A stretch of 64,000 nt of DNA from an uncultured Planctomycetaceae bacterium (GTDB lineage Bacteria > Planctomycetota > Phycisphaerae > SM23-33), in assembly GCA_964427875.1 (NCBI GenBank), contig CAYRVX010000028.1, positions 387 to 64,386 on the forward strand. Reading direction: 5' to 3'. The notes below the pieces were generated by a model. The model did not search any database. It was not told the DNA's origin and saw only the letters and a program-made list of their open reading frames with translations. The position numbers were made by a program, and so were the translations under genes. Positions 25,109-34,934 of this stretch are shown one piece after another. Positions within the stretch are counted from its first letter, which is position 1. The number at the start of each line of letters is the position of its first letter.

Positions 25109-26404
25109 TCATCGTCTCCGGCCGGCCGGCGTGCCGGGGACCGCAATCTTGCCCTCCTTGGGTATGACGACGCTGTCGGTCTCGAAGTCCTCGGCCGTCG
25201 GCTTGAGCGTCTCGTTGTAGATGCCTGGCTTGGCCTTGGGGGCCTCCATCATGTCTCGCCAGGTGACCAACTGGCCCGTGTAGGTGCTGATGCGCCCCAG
25301 GACCGCGGCCGCGCTCGATTCGGCAACGGCCCTGGCCTGTTCCAGCGGCTTGCCCTTCAGGACGTAGTAGAGCACGTTGACCTGCTCCTGGAGGTGGCCG
25401 CTCTTGGCCACGGGCAGATCGTCGGGCCAGGGCGACTTTTTCGGCGCGGGCCCGTCGCTGCCGTTGGTGTGGCCCTTCTCGTAGACGAGGTCGTGCCCGA
25501 CCCAGTTCCAGCAGCCGCTGACCTGGCGGCACATGCTGTGGATGTGGACGCCGTCGCCGTAGTCGTAATCGATGCTGAAGAAGTCGTACATGTCTCCGGC
25601 CGGCCGGCGTGCCCGTCCGCCGAAGCCGGCGGCGCTGACGGGCGGGTGGCCGGCAAACCAGTTGGCGATGTCGATGTTGTGCACGTGCTGCTCGACGAGG
25701 TGGTCGCCCGAAAGCGCCAGCCAGTTCTGCCACGAGCCGATGAGGTCCGCCGGCGCCTTGGGCTGGATGGGCCCGCGGTGAAAGAAATGGCCCGCGCAAA
25801 AGGCGATCCGACCGGCATACAGCTTGCCCAGGGCCTTCTCGACGGCGACGGACTGGTGCGTGTCCACGAACCTCTTCTGGTGCCGCATCTCCGTGCCGGA
25901 GACGATCACCAGGCCCTTCTTCTTGGCCAGCTCGCCGGCGGCGATGACCCTCCGGCAGCCGGGCGGGTCGACGGCCACGGGCTTCTCGATGAAGACGTGC
26001 CGACCCGCCTTGACGCACGCCTCCAGGTGCAGCGGGCGGAACAGCGGGGCCGTCGCCTCCAGCACCAGCTCGACGCCCGTCTCAAGGAGCTTCTTGTAGG
26101 AGTCGATGCCTCCGAAGCAGCGGTCCTTCGGCACGCCGTACCTCTGCCCGGCCCGCTCGGCCCGGTCCTTGAAGTAATCGGCCATCGCCACGACCTTGAC
26201 GTCCACGCCGAGGACCTTGCCGGCCTCGACGTTGGACCTCAAGGCGCCCCCGCCGCGCCCGCCGCAGCCGATCAGGCCGACCTTGACGGTCCTGTTCTTC
26301 GCCCTGGCCGATACGCCGAGGACGGGCAGCGCGCCGATCGCCGCGCCCGCAGCGACGGCACCCTTCACAAACTTCCGTCTGGAAACCTTCGCGTGATTGC
26401 TCAT
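25109..26404 (-). CDS. Gfo/Idh/MocA-family NAD(P)-dependent oxidoreductase with TAT signal
   Basis: 'SRRKFVKGAVAAGAAIGALP' twin-arginine signal. 'VKVGLIGCGGRGGG' Rossmann fold. 'EKPVAVD' motif. Confidence 0.8.
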   Translation of the reverse strand: MSNHAKVSRRKFVKGAVAAGAAIGALPVLGVSARAKNRTVKVGLIGCGGRGGGALRSNVEAGKVLGVDVKVVAMADYFKDRAERAGQRYGVPKDRCFGGIDSYKKLLETGVELVLEATAPLFRPLHLEACVKAGRHVFIEKPVAVDPPGCRRVIAAGELAKKKGLVIVSGTEMRHQKRFVDTHQSVAVEKALGKLYAGRIAFCAGHFFHRGPIQPKAPADLIGSWQNWLALSGDHLVEQHVHNIDIANWFAGHPPVSAAGFGGRARRPAGDMYDFFSIDYDYGDGVHIHSMCRQVSGCWNWVGHDLVYEKGHTNGSDGPAPKKSPWPDDLPVAKSGHLQEQVNVLYYVLKGKPLEQARAVAESSAAAVLGRISTYTGQLVTWRDMMEAPKAKPGIYNETLKPTAEDFETDSVVIPKEGKIAVPGTPAGRRR

Positions 26405-26486
26405 CGGTCTTCTCCTTTCCGCGCAGGACCAATGCTGACGTCTACAGGCTACGCCGACGGGATCGCGCCGGGCAAGAGTGTTCGGT

Positions 26487-28748
26487 CTACTTCTCGGCGG
26501 GTTTCTCGATCAGCAGGACCGGGCGGATGATGCCGCCGAGGAACAGCTCCGTGATGCTGGAGTGATCGACGCGGACGGCGATGACGTTTCGGCCGGGCCT
26601 CGCCGCCGCGGTGATGTCCGCCTCGAAGGGCCTTCGCTTTCTCTCGCTGCGGTGCACCTCGCTGCCGTTGACGTAGACCGTGGCGTCCCCGTCCACCTCG
26701 GTGAAGAACAGGACCGGTTTGCCCGCAGGCTTGGGCATTTGCAGCGTGCGCCGGTACCACAGGATCGTCTTGCGGTCGGGCAGGTGCTGGGCGTGGAGCG
26801 TGTCGCTGAAGGTCCTCACCTTGCGCCATTTCGAGTCGTCGAAGTCGGGTTTCGCGTAGCCCCCGGCCAGGCCCGCGTCGGCCGGGTCGTAGGCCAGACG
26901 CCACTCATCCGGCAGGCGCTTAAGCAGCCGGTTCGGCGTCGAGGTCGCGGCGAGCCCGGCGGCGATCGGTCGGCCGAGGAAACGTTTGAGGTACGTCACC
27001 GTGTAACGGGTGCCGAGCCCCTTCTTGTCCTCGGCCTCGCACCGGGCGAGCAGGCGGCGGTAGACGGCGGCGGCCTTGGCGAAGTCGCCGGCGTTCATCG
27101 CATCGCGAAGCCGGCAATACTGGACCGCATTCTGGAAGCCCTCGGCCGTCATTGCGACGCGGGCGGCATACGAGGCGTCGCCCTTCGCCGCGTCGGACGC
27201 CTTCTTCAGCAGCCCGTCGAGCTTCGCCAGCATCGCCGGCGTGTACACCAGGTGCACCGAGAAGAAGCTGCCGGACTCGCACTTCAGGTCGGCGAAGGCC
27301 CGGTCGATGCTCATCCAGTACTGCTTCATCAGCGGCCCGGCCGCGGGGCCGTAGAACTTCAGGAAGTAGTCGTCCATGATCGCGGCGGCGTCCGCGTCGG
27401 GGCTGTAGGCCAGGCGAATGCTCAGGTAGATGTGCGGGCCGTAGATCTCCCAGTTGGCCAGCGTCTCGTTGTTGATCCCCAGGCAGCCTTTGCGCTTCAG
27501 GTACGGGATGTCGTGCGACCAGATGGAGATCTTCGAGAAGGGCACGAGGCATTCGGCGAGGTTGTAGTTGTACGTGCGGTAGCCCATCCTTTCGAGCGCG
27601 GCCGACCAGCCGTCGATCAGCCCCGCCAACTGCGTCCGCGAGGAGGAGTTCGGGCTGCCGATGCGGTGATGGCGCGAGTAGCGGATCGGGGCGATCCACG
27701 CGCAGAGGTTCTCCGAGACCTTCCGCCTGCCCGTGGGGGCCTGGGTGTAGTCGGCGTAGGCGTAGAAGTTCAGGATCGAATCGCCGCACGACTCGGCGAC
27801 GCGCCGCGCGACGGCGTCGTAGAAGTCCAGGTAGCGATTGGATAAGGACACGTGGCCGCTCGACGGCTCGATGACTTTGGGGTCGTCCTGCCTGCGGCAG
27901 GCGGCGCACTGGCAGTAGCCCCTGCCGTCGGGCGGCGAGATGGACGGGTTCGCGTTGCCCTTGCGGATTGCGGCGATGACGCCGTCGGCGAAGAGCTTGC
28001 GGAGACCGGCGTTGGACGTGCAGTACCACGAGCCTTTCCGGCGCCGGCCGTCGCGGAGCGCGAAGTACTCCGGGTGCTTCTCGAAGACGTCCGGCGAGAC
28101 GTACTTGGCCCATGCGTGGCGCATTTCGAACCTCTGGCCGCCCTGGCCGTTCCAGATCTTCCACACCGACCGGCCGGTCCACCCCGAGCCCCCGATGCTC
28201 CGGAGCCGCAGGCCGGGGGCGCCGCTGATGGCAAGCTCGCCGACCCGCAGCGTCCTGGTGCGCGGGTAGACCTCCCCCAGCGGGTGGTCCATGAAGTACC
28301 GGCAGCCCAGCTTTTCCAAAAAGTGGCAGGCCGCCTTGACGGTGGCCGAGGGGCACTGGCCGCCCAGCAGCACGCGGCGGCCGTCGCAGACGATCCTCAG
28401 CCCCTCGTTCGTGTCGCCGGGGATGTCGTCGAGCTTCAGGCCGGCCTGCACGGCCGCGGCGCCGACGTAGATGGCCGGTGCGCCTTTCGGCGCGGCATGA
28501 ACGATCGGCAGCTCGACGTCCGTGATCTTCCGGATCCACTGCACAAGGGTCTCTGCCGCGAGGTGATCATCCGCAGCGGGCCTTCGCCCACTTCTGCGCC
28601 CCTTTCGCGGAGCGTCATCGTCTCCGGCCCGCACGACGACGCTCGCGACGGCCTGGCCGTCCCGCACGAGGTCCATCGGCTCCGCCGCAGCCTGCACGGC
28701 GAGGACCGTCCCGGCCAGGAACGCCGCGAGCGATTTGACAGGGCGCAT
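26487..28748 (-). CDS. DUF4838-domain secreted protein (putative glycoside-hydrolase-like)
   Basis: Signal peptide then 'LVRDGQAVASVVV...EGLRIVCDGRRVLLGG...ACHFLEKLGCRYF', the hallmark DUF4838 N-terminus. 753 aa. Confidence 0.7.
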   Translation of the reverse strand: MRPVKSLAAFLAGTVLAVQAAAEPMDLVRDGQAVASVVVRAGDDDAPRKGRRSGRRPAADDHLAAETLVQWIRKITDVELPIVHAAPKGAPAIYVGAAAVQAGLKLDDIPGDTNEGLRIVCDGRRVLLGGQCPSATVKAACHFLEKLGCRYFMDHPLGEVYPRTRTLRVGELAISGAPGLRLRSIGGSGWTGRSVWKIWNGQGGQRFEMRHAWAKYVSPDVFEKHPEYFALRDGRRRKGSWYCTSNAGLRKLFADGVIAAIRKGNANPSISPPDGRGYCQCAACRRQDDPKVIEPSSGHVSLSNRYLDFYDAVARRVAESCGDSILNFYAYADYTQAPTGRRKVSENLCAWIAPIRYSRHHRIGSPNSSSRTQLAGLIDGWSAALERMGYRTYNYNLAECLVPFSKISIWSHDIPYLKRKGCLGINNETLANWEIYGPHIYLSIRLAYSPDADAAAIMDDYFLKFYGPAAGPLMKQYWMSIDRAFADLKCESGSFFSVHLVYTPAMLAKLDGLLKKASDAAKGDASYAARVAMTAEGFQNAVQYCRLRDAMNAGDFAKAAAVYRRLLARCEAEDKKGLGTRYTVTYLKRFLGRPIAAGLAATSTPNRLLKRLPDEWRLAYDPADAGLAGGYAKPDFDDSKWRKVRTFSDTLHAQHLPDRKTILWYRRTLQMPKPAGKPVLFFTEVDGDATVYVNGSEVHRSERKRRPFEADITAAARPGRNVIAVRVDHSSITELFLGGIIRPVLLIEKPAEK

Positions 28749-28789
28749 GATGTGACTCTCCCTTCCCTCACGATCCGCAAGAAAAGGAC

Positions 28790-30778
28790 TCAGGAACCGG
28801 CCGTGCCGCCGCTCAGGTCGTAGACGAAGTACGGGCGCATGCCGGCCTTGAAGAACTTGCCGTCCTTGGTCTCTCCCTTCCGGCCGGGAAGCGCGATGAG
28901 CGTCGGGTACCTCTTCTGGAGCTCGGCGTTGAGGCCGATGAGGTACAGCGCCAGGCCCGGGCCAAGCCGGGGATGGTACAGTTGCCCCGGGACGAGGTAG
29001 CAGGGGAACCGGCCGGTCCGGCGGTTCTGTTCGATCTCACCGAGGACGGCGGGAAGGTCGTTCTGGAGGATTCGGGCAACGTCGGTTCGCAGGTTTCGCT
29101 CGGCCTGTACCTGGATCGCCCTGGCGGTCTGCGGGTCGGTCCGCCCCGCGCGGTAGTCTTCCGCGGCCTGCTGCATCTGCCGCAGGAACATCAGGTAGGA
29201 CCGCGACAGCTTCTGGTAGGTCGCTTTTCGCCTCTCCTCGCTCGGGGCCTCGATGATCTGCCGGTCGATGTACCAGGCCGGCTCGGCGCGGATGACGGCG
29301 CCCTTGGCCTCGCTCTGCGTGACGATCAGGTGGTCCAGTGCCGCGTCGAACGTCAGCAGCGACTTGTCCGGAGGGATGAGTCCGTTCAGGTCTTCCCACA
29401 GTTTGATCCGGTCGGCATGCTGCCAGCGGATGGCGAAGTAGTAGTTCGTTCCCAGGTAGCACGGGATCGCCAGCACGACGACCACGACGACGACGGCGCC
29501 GGTCGCAACGTATCGGCCAAAGCGGGCAAGCAGATCCCACAGCGCCACGATGGCCATCGCGGCGGAGATGGCGATAAACGGCCCGAGGGGCCGCTCCCAG
29601 TACTGGTGCGGCCAGAGCGCGCCACGAAGGATGATCAACTGGAACACGCCCGGCATGAGGAACAACATCAGTTGGGGCGAGCCGCCGAACAGCCCGGCCG
29701 GCTCGGCGGCTTCGCGCGGCGGCTTCCGGCGGGCGTCCTTGGCCTTGGCGGCGGGTTTGCTCTTCCCGTCACGGCCGCCGTCCTGAGCGCCCGGCCGGTT
29801 CCCCGCGCGGAAACTCACAAAGCGAATCACGCGCCGGGCCACGTGCTGGGCGATGCCGATGATCGCAACGAGCAGCACCCACCAGGTGAAGTTCGTGAGG
29901 GCGAACTCCCAGAACCGCTTGAACCAGGCGATCCAGTCGAAATCCTTCATGCGCGCGGTCATCTCACCCCGGGCGGCCCGCCACGTGTACAGGTCGACGA
30001 TCCGCTGGAAGTCCCAGTCGAAGCCGACCAGCATGATGAGGAGCATGACCAGCCCCCCGGCGAGCGGCACGCCGATCAGCACGGCCAGGAGTGACCACCG
30101 CGGCCACTGCCTGCGTCGAATGCAGCGGAACACGTAGTGCACGCCGATGGCCAGCGCCCAGAAGTAGCAGTTCCAGGCCAGTTGCGTCATGATGAAAAGC
30201 ACGACGCCCAGGCCGACGAGATGACGCCTCTTTGGCTCCGGGCCGTCCTTGATCTCGCCGATCAGCACCAGGTAGAACCAGAAGGCCAGGAATCCCGTCA
30301 GGGAGACGCCCCCGCCGGCCCCGAAGTAGCCCGTGATGGGGAACACGATCCACAGCAGGCACGCCAGGATGGCGGTCCTGCCCCCGAAGAGGCTCCGCAG
30401 GATTCTCAGGAGAAGCAGCAGGGCGAGCAGGCCAAGAAAGAGGGACAGGGCCCGCAGCGACCACACTTCGGCGCCGAAGACCGCCATCACCAGCGCCAGA
30501 ATGAGGCTGCCGAGCTGCGGGTGGTTGACGTATCGCTGGGGGTTCTCCGGCGGCGGGTCGCCCACGGCCTGGGTCTTGAGGCCCCGGGTGTACCCCAGGC
30601 CGTACCGCACGTGGCACCGTGCGAACCACGGCCCGTCGGCCTGGCCCCAACTGTGCAGGCCGTCAAACGGGCGCGCAATGTCGCGAGACATGACCACGGT
30701 GAGCAGGACCGCCAAGGCGCCTCCCATGATCCAGAAATTCCGGTTCGGCCTGTCCGTTTTCGGGATGTCCTTGCTCAT
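28790..30778 (-). CDS. GT-C fold membrane glycosyltransferase (PMT/ArnT-like, GT39/GT83-type) with a large C-terminal soluble domain
   Basis: N-terminal half has about 11 TM segments and an Asp-containing first loop ('SRDIARPFDGLHSWGQADG'). The C-terminal ~260 aa are soluble. Confidence 0.55.
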   Translation of the reverse strand: MSKDIPKTDRPNRNFWIMGGALAVLLTVVMSRDIARPFDGLHSWGQADGPWFARCHVRYGLGYTRGLKTQAVGDPPPENPQRYVNHPQLGSLILALVMAVFGAEVWSLRALSLFLGLLALLLLLRILRSLFGGRTAILACLLWIVFPITGYFGAGGGVSLTGFLAFWFYLVLIGEIKDGPEPKRRHLVGLGVVLFIMTQLAWNCYFWALAIGVHYVFRCIRRRQWPRWSLLAVLIGVPLAGGLVMLLIMLVGFDWDFQRIVDLYTWRAARGEMTARMKDFDWIAWFKRFWEFALTNFTWWVLLVAIIGIAQHVARRVIRFVSFRAGNRPGAQDGGRDGKSKPAAKAKDARRKPPREAAEPAGLFGGSPQLMLFLMPGVFQLIILRGALWPHQYWERPLGPFIAISAAMAIVALWDLLARFGRYVATGAVVVVVVVLAIPCYLGTNYYFAIRWQHADRIKLWEDLNGLIPPDKSLLTFDAALDHLIVTQSEAKGAVIRAEPAWYIDRQIIEAPSEERRKATYQKLSRSYLMFLRQMQQAAEDYRAGRTDPQTARAIQVQAERNLRTDVARILQNDLPAVLGEIEQNRRTGRFPCYLVPGQLYHPRLGPGLALYLIGLNAELQKRYPTLIALPGRKGETKDGKFFKAGMRPYFVYDLSGGTAGS

Positions 30779-30802
30779 GGCGGTACCCGACGGGCGGTGC
30801 GG

Positions 30803-31441
30803 TCACTTCCCTCGTTTTCGCCCGGCGACCACGGCGTCGAGGGCGATCGGCCAGATCGGAAGCGGGGTCGGCCTGGAATAGAACACGTCAAACCCCCGCT
30901 CGGTAAGGAACCGCCTTGACGAACGGGGCGTCCACTGGCGAACGTGGCCGTAGTCGTAGTTGGCCTCCTTGAACATCAGCATCATCCGCCATACGAACTT
31001 CCAGGTCCGGTCGTTCGGGAAGACGATAATCAACTTCCCGCCGGGCCGGAGAATCCTGTGGATCTCGGCGACGGCGGCGTGCGGCTCGTGGAGGTGCTCG
31101 ATCACTTCCTGGAGCATGGCCGCATCAACACTGCCGTCGGGAATGTCCAGGTCATAGAGGTCGCCCCGGATCGCCCGCAGGCCGTGTTGCGAGCAGATCT
31201 CGATGTTCTCCGCGAGGTAGTCCACGCCGAACACGTCGGCGCCGGGGAACATTCCGGCCGCCATCTCCAGCGCGATCCCCTCGCCGCAGCCGAGGTCCAC
31301 GATCGTGTGGTCATTCCCGTCGAGCAGCGAAGCGGCGACCTTGTTGCGGTAGTCCCAGTACGTGCGTCCCAGAAGGCTCTTGGCGTACTGCTCCCGCTGG
31401 TACAGCGGCCGGTCCGATTTCTCTTCCACGTTTACGGGCAT
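30803..31441 (-). CDS. Class I SAM-dependent methyltransferase
   Basis: 'IVDLGCGEGIAL' motif I, 'DAAMLQEVIEHL', 'LRPGGKLII'. Confidence 0.75.
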   Translation of the reverse strand: MPVNVEEKSDRPLYQREQYAKSLLGRTYWDYRNKVAASLLDGNDHTIVDLGCGEGIALEMAAGMFPGADVFGVDYLAENIEICSQHGLRAIRGDLYDLDIPDGSVDAAMLQEVIEHLHEPHAAVAEIHRILRPGGKLIIVFPNDRTWKFVWRMMLMFKEANYDYGHVRQWTPRSSRRFLTERGFDVFYSRPTPLPIWPIALDAVVAGRKRGK

Positions 31442-31673
31442 TGTCGTGAGCGGTCCGACTGATCCACTATCGCCCTTCCGTCAGCGATCCATTAGACAAT
31501 CCTCCCTGATACAAAACGGGGATTCAAGCGGTCTCTGAAACCGGCGCGTCGGCGAGGCGAATCCGATCCGACGAGATCGCGGACCGGCCGTGCAATTCCT
31601 GCGAGAGGTCTCCCGGCGGTTCGGCCGATAACACCACTTGACAACGCACCGGCCCAAGAGCACCGTACACTTC

Positions 31674-32444
31674 ATGGCGGAAGGCACGAGAGAGCCCGGC
31701 GATCCGCGGCTGCTGATCATCGTTCCCGCGTATAACGAGGCGGACAGCATTCCCCGCGTCCTGGATGATCTGCGCAAGCACGTGCCGGAAGCGGACATCG
31801 TGGTGGTTGACGACGGCTCGACGGACAACACGGCCGCCGTGGCGGAATCCCTCGCCGCGGCCGTGCTGCCCCTGCCGTGCAACCTCGGCGTCGGCGGCGC
31901 CATGCGAACGGGGTACCTCTACGCACTGGAGAACGGTTACGACCTGGCCGTCCAGTTCGACGGCGACGGGCAACACCGGGCGGACCAGATCCGGCCCCTC
32001 CTGGCGAGTGTGGTGGCTGACGGCGTCGATCTGGCGATCGGCTCGCGGCGCCTGGGCGCCGGAAGCTACCGATTCTCCTTCGCCCGGTGGTTCGGTTCTC
32101 GCCTGGTCGCGGCCGTCGCGTTTCTCGTCACGCGTCTCCGGCTGACCGACCCGACCAGCGGCTTTCGGGCATCCTCGAAACGGATGATCGCCTTTTTCGC
32201 GAAGCACTACCCGCAGACGTATCTGGGCGACACGGTCGAGTCCACGGTCCTGGCGGCGCGGCACGGCATGAAGGTGCGGGAAACCGGGGCTAAAATGCGC
32301 GAGTCCGGACGCAGCAGCATCGGGAACATCATGGGCATTTTCCACACCATCTGCATTTGCCTGGCCATCCTGGTCGATTGCATCGAACGAAGGTTTCCCG
32401 ATCACGCCGAGTCCGCCACGCCGGATAAGGAGAGCTCATCATGA
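31674..32444 (+). CDS. GT2-family polyprenol-phosphate glycosyltransferase (DPM1/GtrB-like)
   Basis: 'LLIIVPAYNEADSI...IVVVDDGSTDNT' and 'DGDGQH'. The ORF can extend to a TTG at 31638, which overlaps a TTGACA hexamer. ATG 31674 is preferred. Confidence 0.75.
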   Translation: MAEGTREPGDPRLLIIVPAYNEADSIPRVLDDLRKHVPEADIVVVDDGSTDNTAAVAESLAAAVLPLPCNLGVGGAMRTGYLYALENGYDLAVQFDGDGQHRADQIRPLLASVVADGVDLAIGSRRLGAGSYRFSFARWFGSRLVAAVAFLVTRLRLTDPTSGFRASSKRMIAFFAKHYPQTYLGDTVESTVLAARHGMKVRETGAKMRESGRSSIGNIMGIFHTICICLAILVDCIERRFPDHAESATPDKESSS

Positions 32445-32881
32445 TCGCCGAGCTGGATATGCCCCTGACCCGCCGGCTGGTCCCGATGGCCCTGGCCATC
32501 ATCGTCGTCGCGGCCACCATCGAGATGATCCGTCGCCGAAAGCTCCGGGAGGAGTACGCAATCCTCTGGCTGTTCGCCTCCGCGGTCCTGGTGGTGTTTG
32601 CGATCTTCCCCGGCCTGGTCGTGCTGCTCAGTCACGTCCTGCGGGTCAATTACCTGACGATCATCGTGATGGCGTGCTTCTTTTTCCTGGCGATGATCGT
32701 GATGCACTTCGCCGTTGTGATCTCACACCAGGGCGAACAGATCCGCAAACTGGCCGAGCACATCGCCCTCATGGAGAACGAGCTTCGACGGGGACGCTCC
32801 TCGGCGCCCAAGGGCGCGGAGAACGCGTCGGAAGCCCCGTCCGAGACCGCCGGTGGGCCCGAGCCCTCCGCCGCCGGGTGA
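32441..32881 (+). CDS. DUF2304-like small membrane protein that typically partners polyprenol-P GT2 enzymes
   Basis: 146 aa, 3-4 TM segments. Start overlaps the stop of the upstream GT2 by 4 nt. Confidence 0.5.
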   Translation: MIAELDMPLTRRLVPMALAIIVVAATIEMIRRRKLREEYAILWLFASAVLVVFAIFPGLVVLLSHVLRVNYLTIIVMACFFFLAMIVMHFAVVISHQGEQIRKLAEHIALMENELRRGRSSAPKGAENASEAPSETAGGPEPSAAG

Positions 32882-32945
32882 CGCGGGCAGCCCTGAAAGC
32901 CCACTGCCGCAACGCGCGTGCGCTGCTTCCCGAAGGCCGGGGCGA

Positions 32946-33797
32946 CTACAGCTCGACCTTGGCCTTCCGGCCGAAGGTCTTGCGGATGTAGTACCACCGT
33001 ATCAGGCAGGAGGGGACCAGCAGCAGCACGCACTCGGCGAGGAAACACACGACGTCCACGAACCTCGGACGAATCCCCAGTCGCAGCAGCCCCAGCGCCT
33101 TGGCCTGGACCGTGCCCCAGAGCATTCGCTTCAGGTGCCGCATTCGCGCCGCGCCGGCGCTGATGCGATAGTTCAGGACCACGTCGTCGATCGCATCGAG
33201 CCGGCCGAATCGGCTCAGCTCCAGCCAGAAGAAGTAGTCGTCCGCCGGACGGAAACGCCCGTGGTAGCGGATGGCATGCTCTTGCACCACCTTCCGACGG
33301 AACACCACCGTCGGGTGCAGCAGGGGGCTGTGCCGGAGAAGTGACCCGCCGACGGCGCAGCGGCGCGTCACGTTCAGGTCCCGCCCGCCCGCGTCGATGT
33401 ACGTCAGCGAGCCCCCCAGCGCGACGATGTCCGGCTGGGCGTCCATCACGGCCAGTTGCTTCTCCAGCCGGTCTTCGACCGCGATATCGTCGGCGTCCAT
33501 GCGGACGACGTACTCGCCCCGGCAGACCTCCAGCCCGCGGTTCAGGGACGCGAAGATCCCCATGTTTCGCTCGTTCGTGAGGACCCGGATTCGCTCGTCG
33601 CGGCGGGCGTATTCGGAGAGGGTCCGGGCCGTGTCGTCCGTCGAGCCGTCGTTGACGATGACGAACTCGAAGCCGCCGAACGTCTGGGCAAGGATGCTGT
33701 CGACGGCCTGTCTGATGAACCGCCCGTCGTTGTACGTCGGCATCAACACGGAGGCCTTTGGCGGGGCATCCGGATCGCCTGTTCCCATAGGTACCAT
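32946..33797 (-). CDS. GT2-family glycosyltransferase
   Basis: 'ASVLMPTYNDGRFIRQAVDSILAQTF..FEFVIVNDGSTDDT' and 'VRMDADD'. Confidence 0.8.
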   Translation of the reverse strand: MVPMGTGDPDAPPKASVLMPTYNDGRFIRQAVDSILAQTFGGFEFVIVNDGSTDDTARTLSEYARRDERIRVLTNERNMGIFASLNRGLEVCRGEYVVRMDADDIAVEDRLEKQLAVMDAQPDIVALGGSLTYIDAGGRDLNVTRRCAVGGSLLRHSPLLHPTVVFRRKVVQEHAIRYHGRFRPADDYFFWLELSRFGRLDAIDDVVLNYRISAGAARMRHLKRMLWGTVQAKALGLLRLGIRPRFVDVVCFLAECVLLLVPSCLIRWYYIRKTFGRKAKVEL

Positions 33798-33863
33798 CGC
33801 TGCGGAATCTCAGGATTCGTGAGATTCGCGTGGTTCGTGGACTGCCGGTCGGCTCGAGTCTCG

Positions 33864-34934
33864 TTAGAGATGATCGGAGAATCCCGCGAGATTCCTTGAG
33901 TGCCACTTCCACGCGGTCTCGATGATGCTGTCGATGTCGGTGTACCGGGGCCGCCAGCCGAGGACCCGGGCGGCCAGGCCGGCGTCGCCTACCAGTTCGG
34001 CCGGATCGCCGGGCCGGCGGGGGGCGATCTCGAAGGGGATCTCCACGCCCGTCACGCGCTGAGAGGCGGCGATGACCTCGCGGACCGAGAAGCCCGCTCC
34101 GTTGGCCAGGTTGACGGCGACCGGGTCGCCGCCGGCCAGCAGGTAATCCAAGGCCTGAAGATGCGCGCTGCCCAGGTCGAGCACGTGGACGTAGTCGCGC
34201 ACACAGGTGCCGTCGCGGGTCTCGTAGTCGTCGCCGAAGATCTCCAGCGGCTCGTCGCGCCCGCCCTCGCGGGCCTCCGGGCGAGCGACCCGGAGAGCCT
34301 GACGCAGCACCAATGGGATCAAATGCGTCTCCGGGTCGTGGTCTTCGCCGATGGACCCGTCGGGCATCGCCCCGGCCGCATTGAAGTACCTCAGCGACAC
34401 CCATCTGAATCCGTAGGCGAGCTCGAAGTCACCGAGGATCTGCTCGAACATCGCCTTGGTCCGGCCATACGGGCTGATGGGGCGGATGCGGCACGACTCG
34501 TCGACGGGAACACGCTCGGGATGTCCATACACCGTGCAGGACGAAGAGAACACGATGTTTCGCACGTCGGCGTCCAGCATGGCCTCCAGCAGCAACAGGC
34601 CGTTGGCCAGGTTGTTTCGGTAGTACTTCCGGGGGTCCTCGACGGACTCCCCCACGTAGGCGTTGGCGCAGAAGTGCATGACCGCCGTCACGTCGTGCGA
34701 GGCGAAAACGCTTGCCAGAACGGCCTTGTCCCCTACGGAACCGGCGATCAACTCCACGTCTTCCGGCAGCGAAGCGCGGTGGCCGGTGGACAGGTCGTCC
34801 ATAACGACGGGCCTGCGCCCGGCCTCGATGAGCATCCGGACCACGTGGCTGCCGATATACCCGGCCCCGCCGCAGACGAGCACGGCCCCATTTCCCTGGC
34901 CGGCGGACCCGGTTCCCGATTGGCCGTCAGTCAT
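33864..34934 (-). CDS. galE: UDP-glucose 4-epimerase
   Basis: 'VLVCGGAGYIGSHVV', 'YGRTK' (YxxxK). The ORF extends to 34973, but ATG 34934 sits 4 nt after the stop of the upstream gene. Confidence 0.8.
   Translation of the reverse strand: MTDGQSGTGSAGQGNGAVLVCGGAGYIGSHVVRMLIEAGRRPVVMDDLSTGHRASLPEDVELIAGSVGDKAVLASVFASHDVTAVMHFCANAYVGESVEDPRKYYRNNLANGLLLLEAMLDADVRNIVFSSSCTVYGHPERVPVDESCRIRPISPYGRTKAMFEQILGDFELAYGFRWVSLRYFNAAGAMPDGSIGEDHDPETHLIPLVLRQALRVARPEAREGGRDEPLEIFGDDYETRDGTCVRDYVHVLDLGSAHLQALDYLLAGGDPVAVNLANGAGFSVREVIAASQRVTGVEIPFEIAPRRPGDPAELVGDAGLAARVLGWRPRYTDIDSIIETAWKWHSRNLAGFSDHL

Noticed and set aside
22295-26530. 1411-aa ORF on the + strand
   Set aside because: Antisense to three well-supported minus-strand genes (FG-GAP, beta-propeller, Gfo/Idh/MocA). 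Low-complexity Arg/Ala/Gly composition typical of spurious high-GC frames.
31638-31673. TTGACA hexamer as a -35 promoter element for the GT2 gene
   Set aside because: The best downstream -10-like hexamer (TACACT) is 21 nt away, outside the sigma-70 spacing range, so no confident promoter call. The TTG is more likely not the start codon, and ATG 31674 is preferred.
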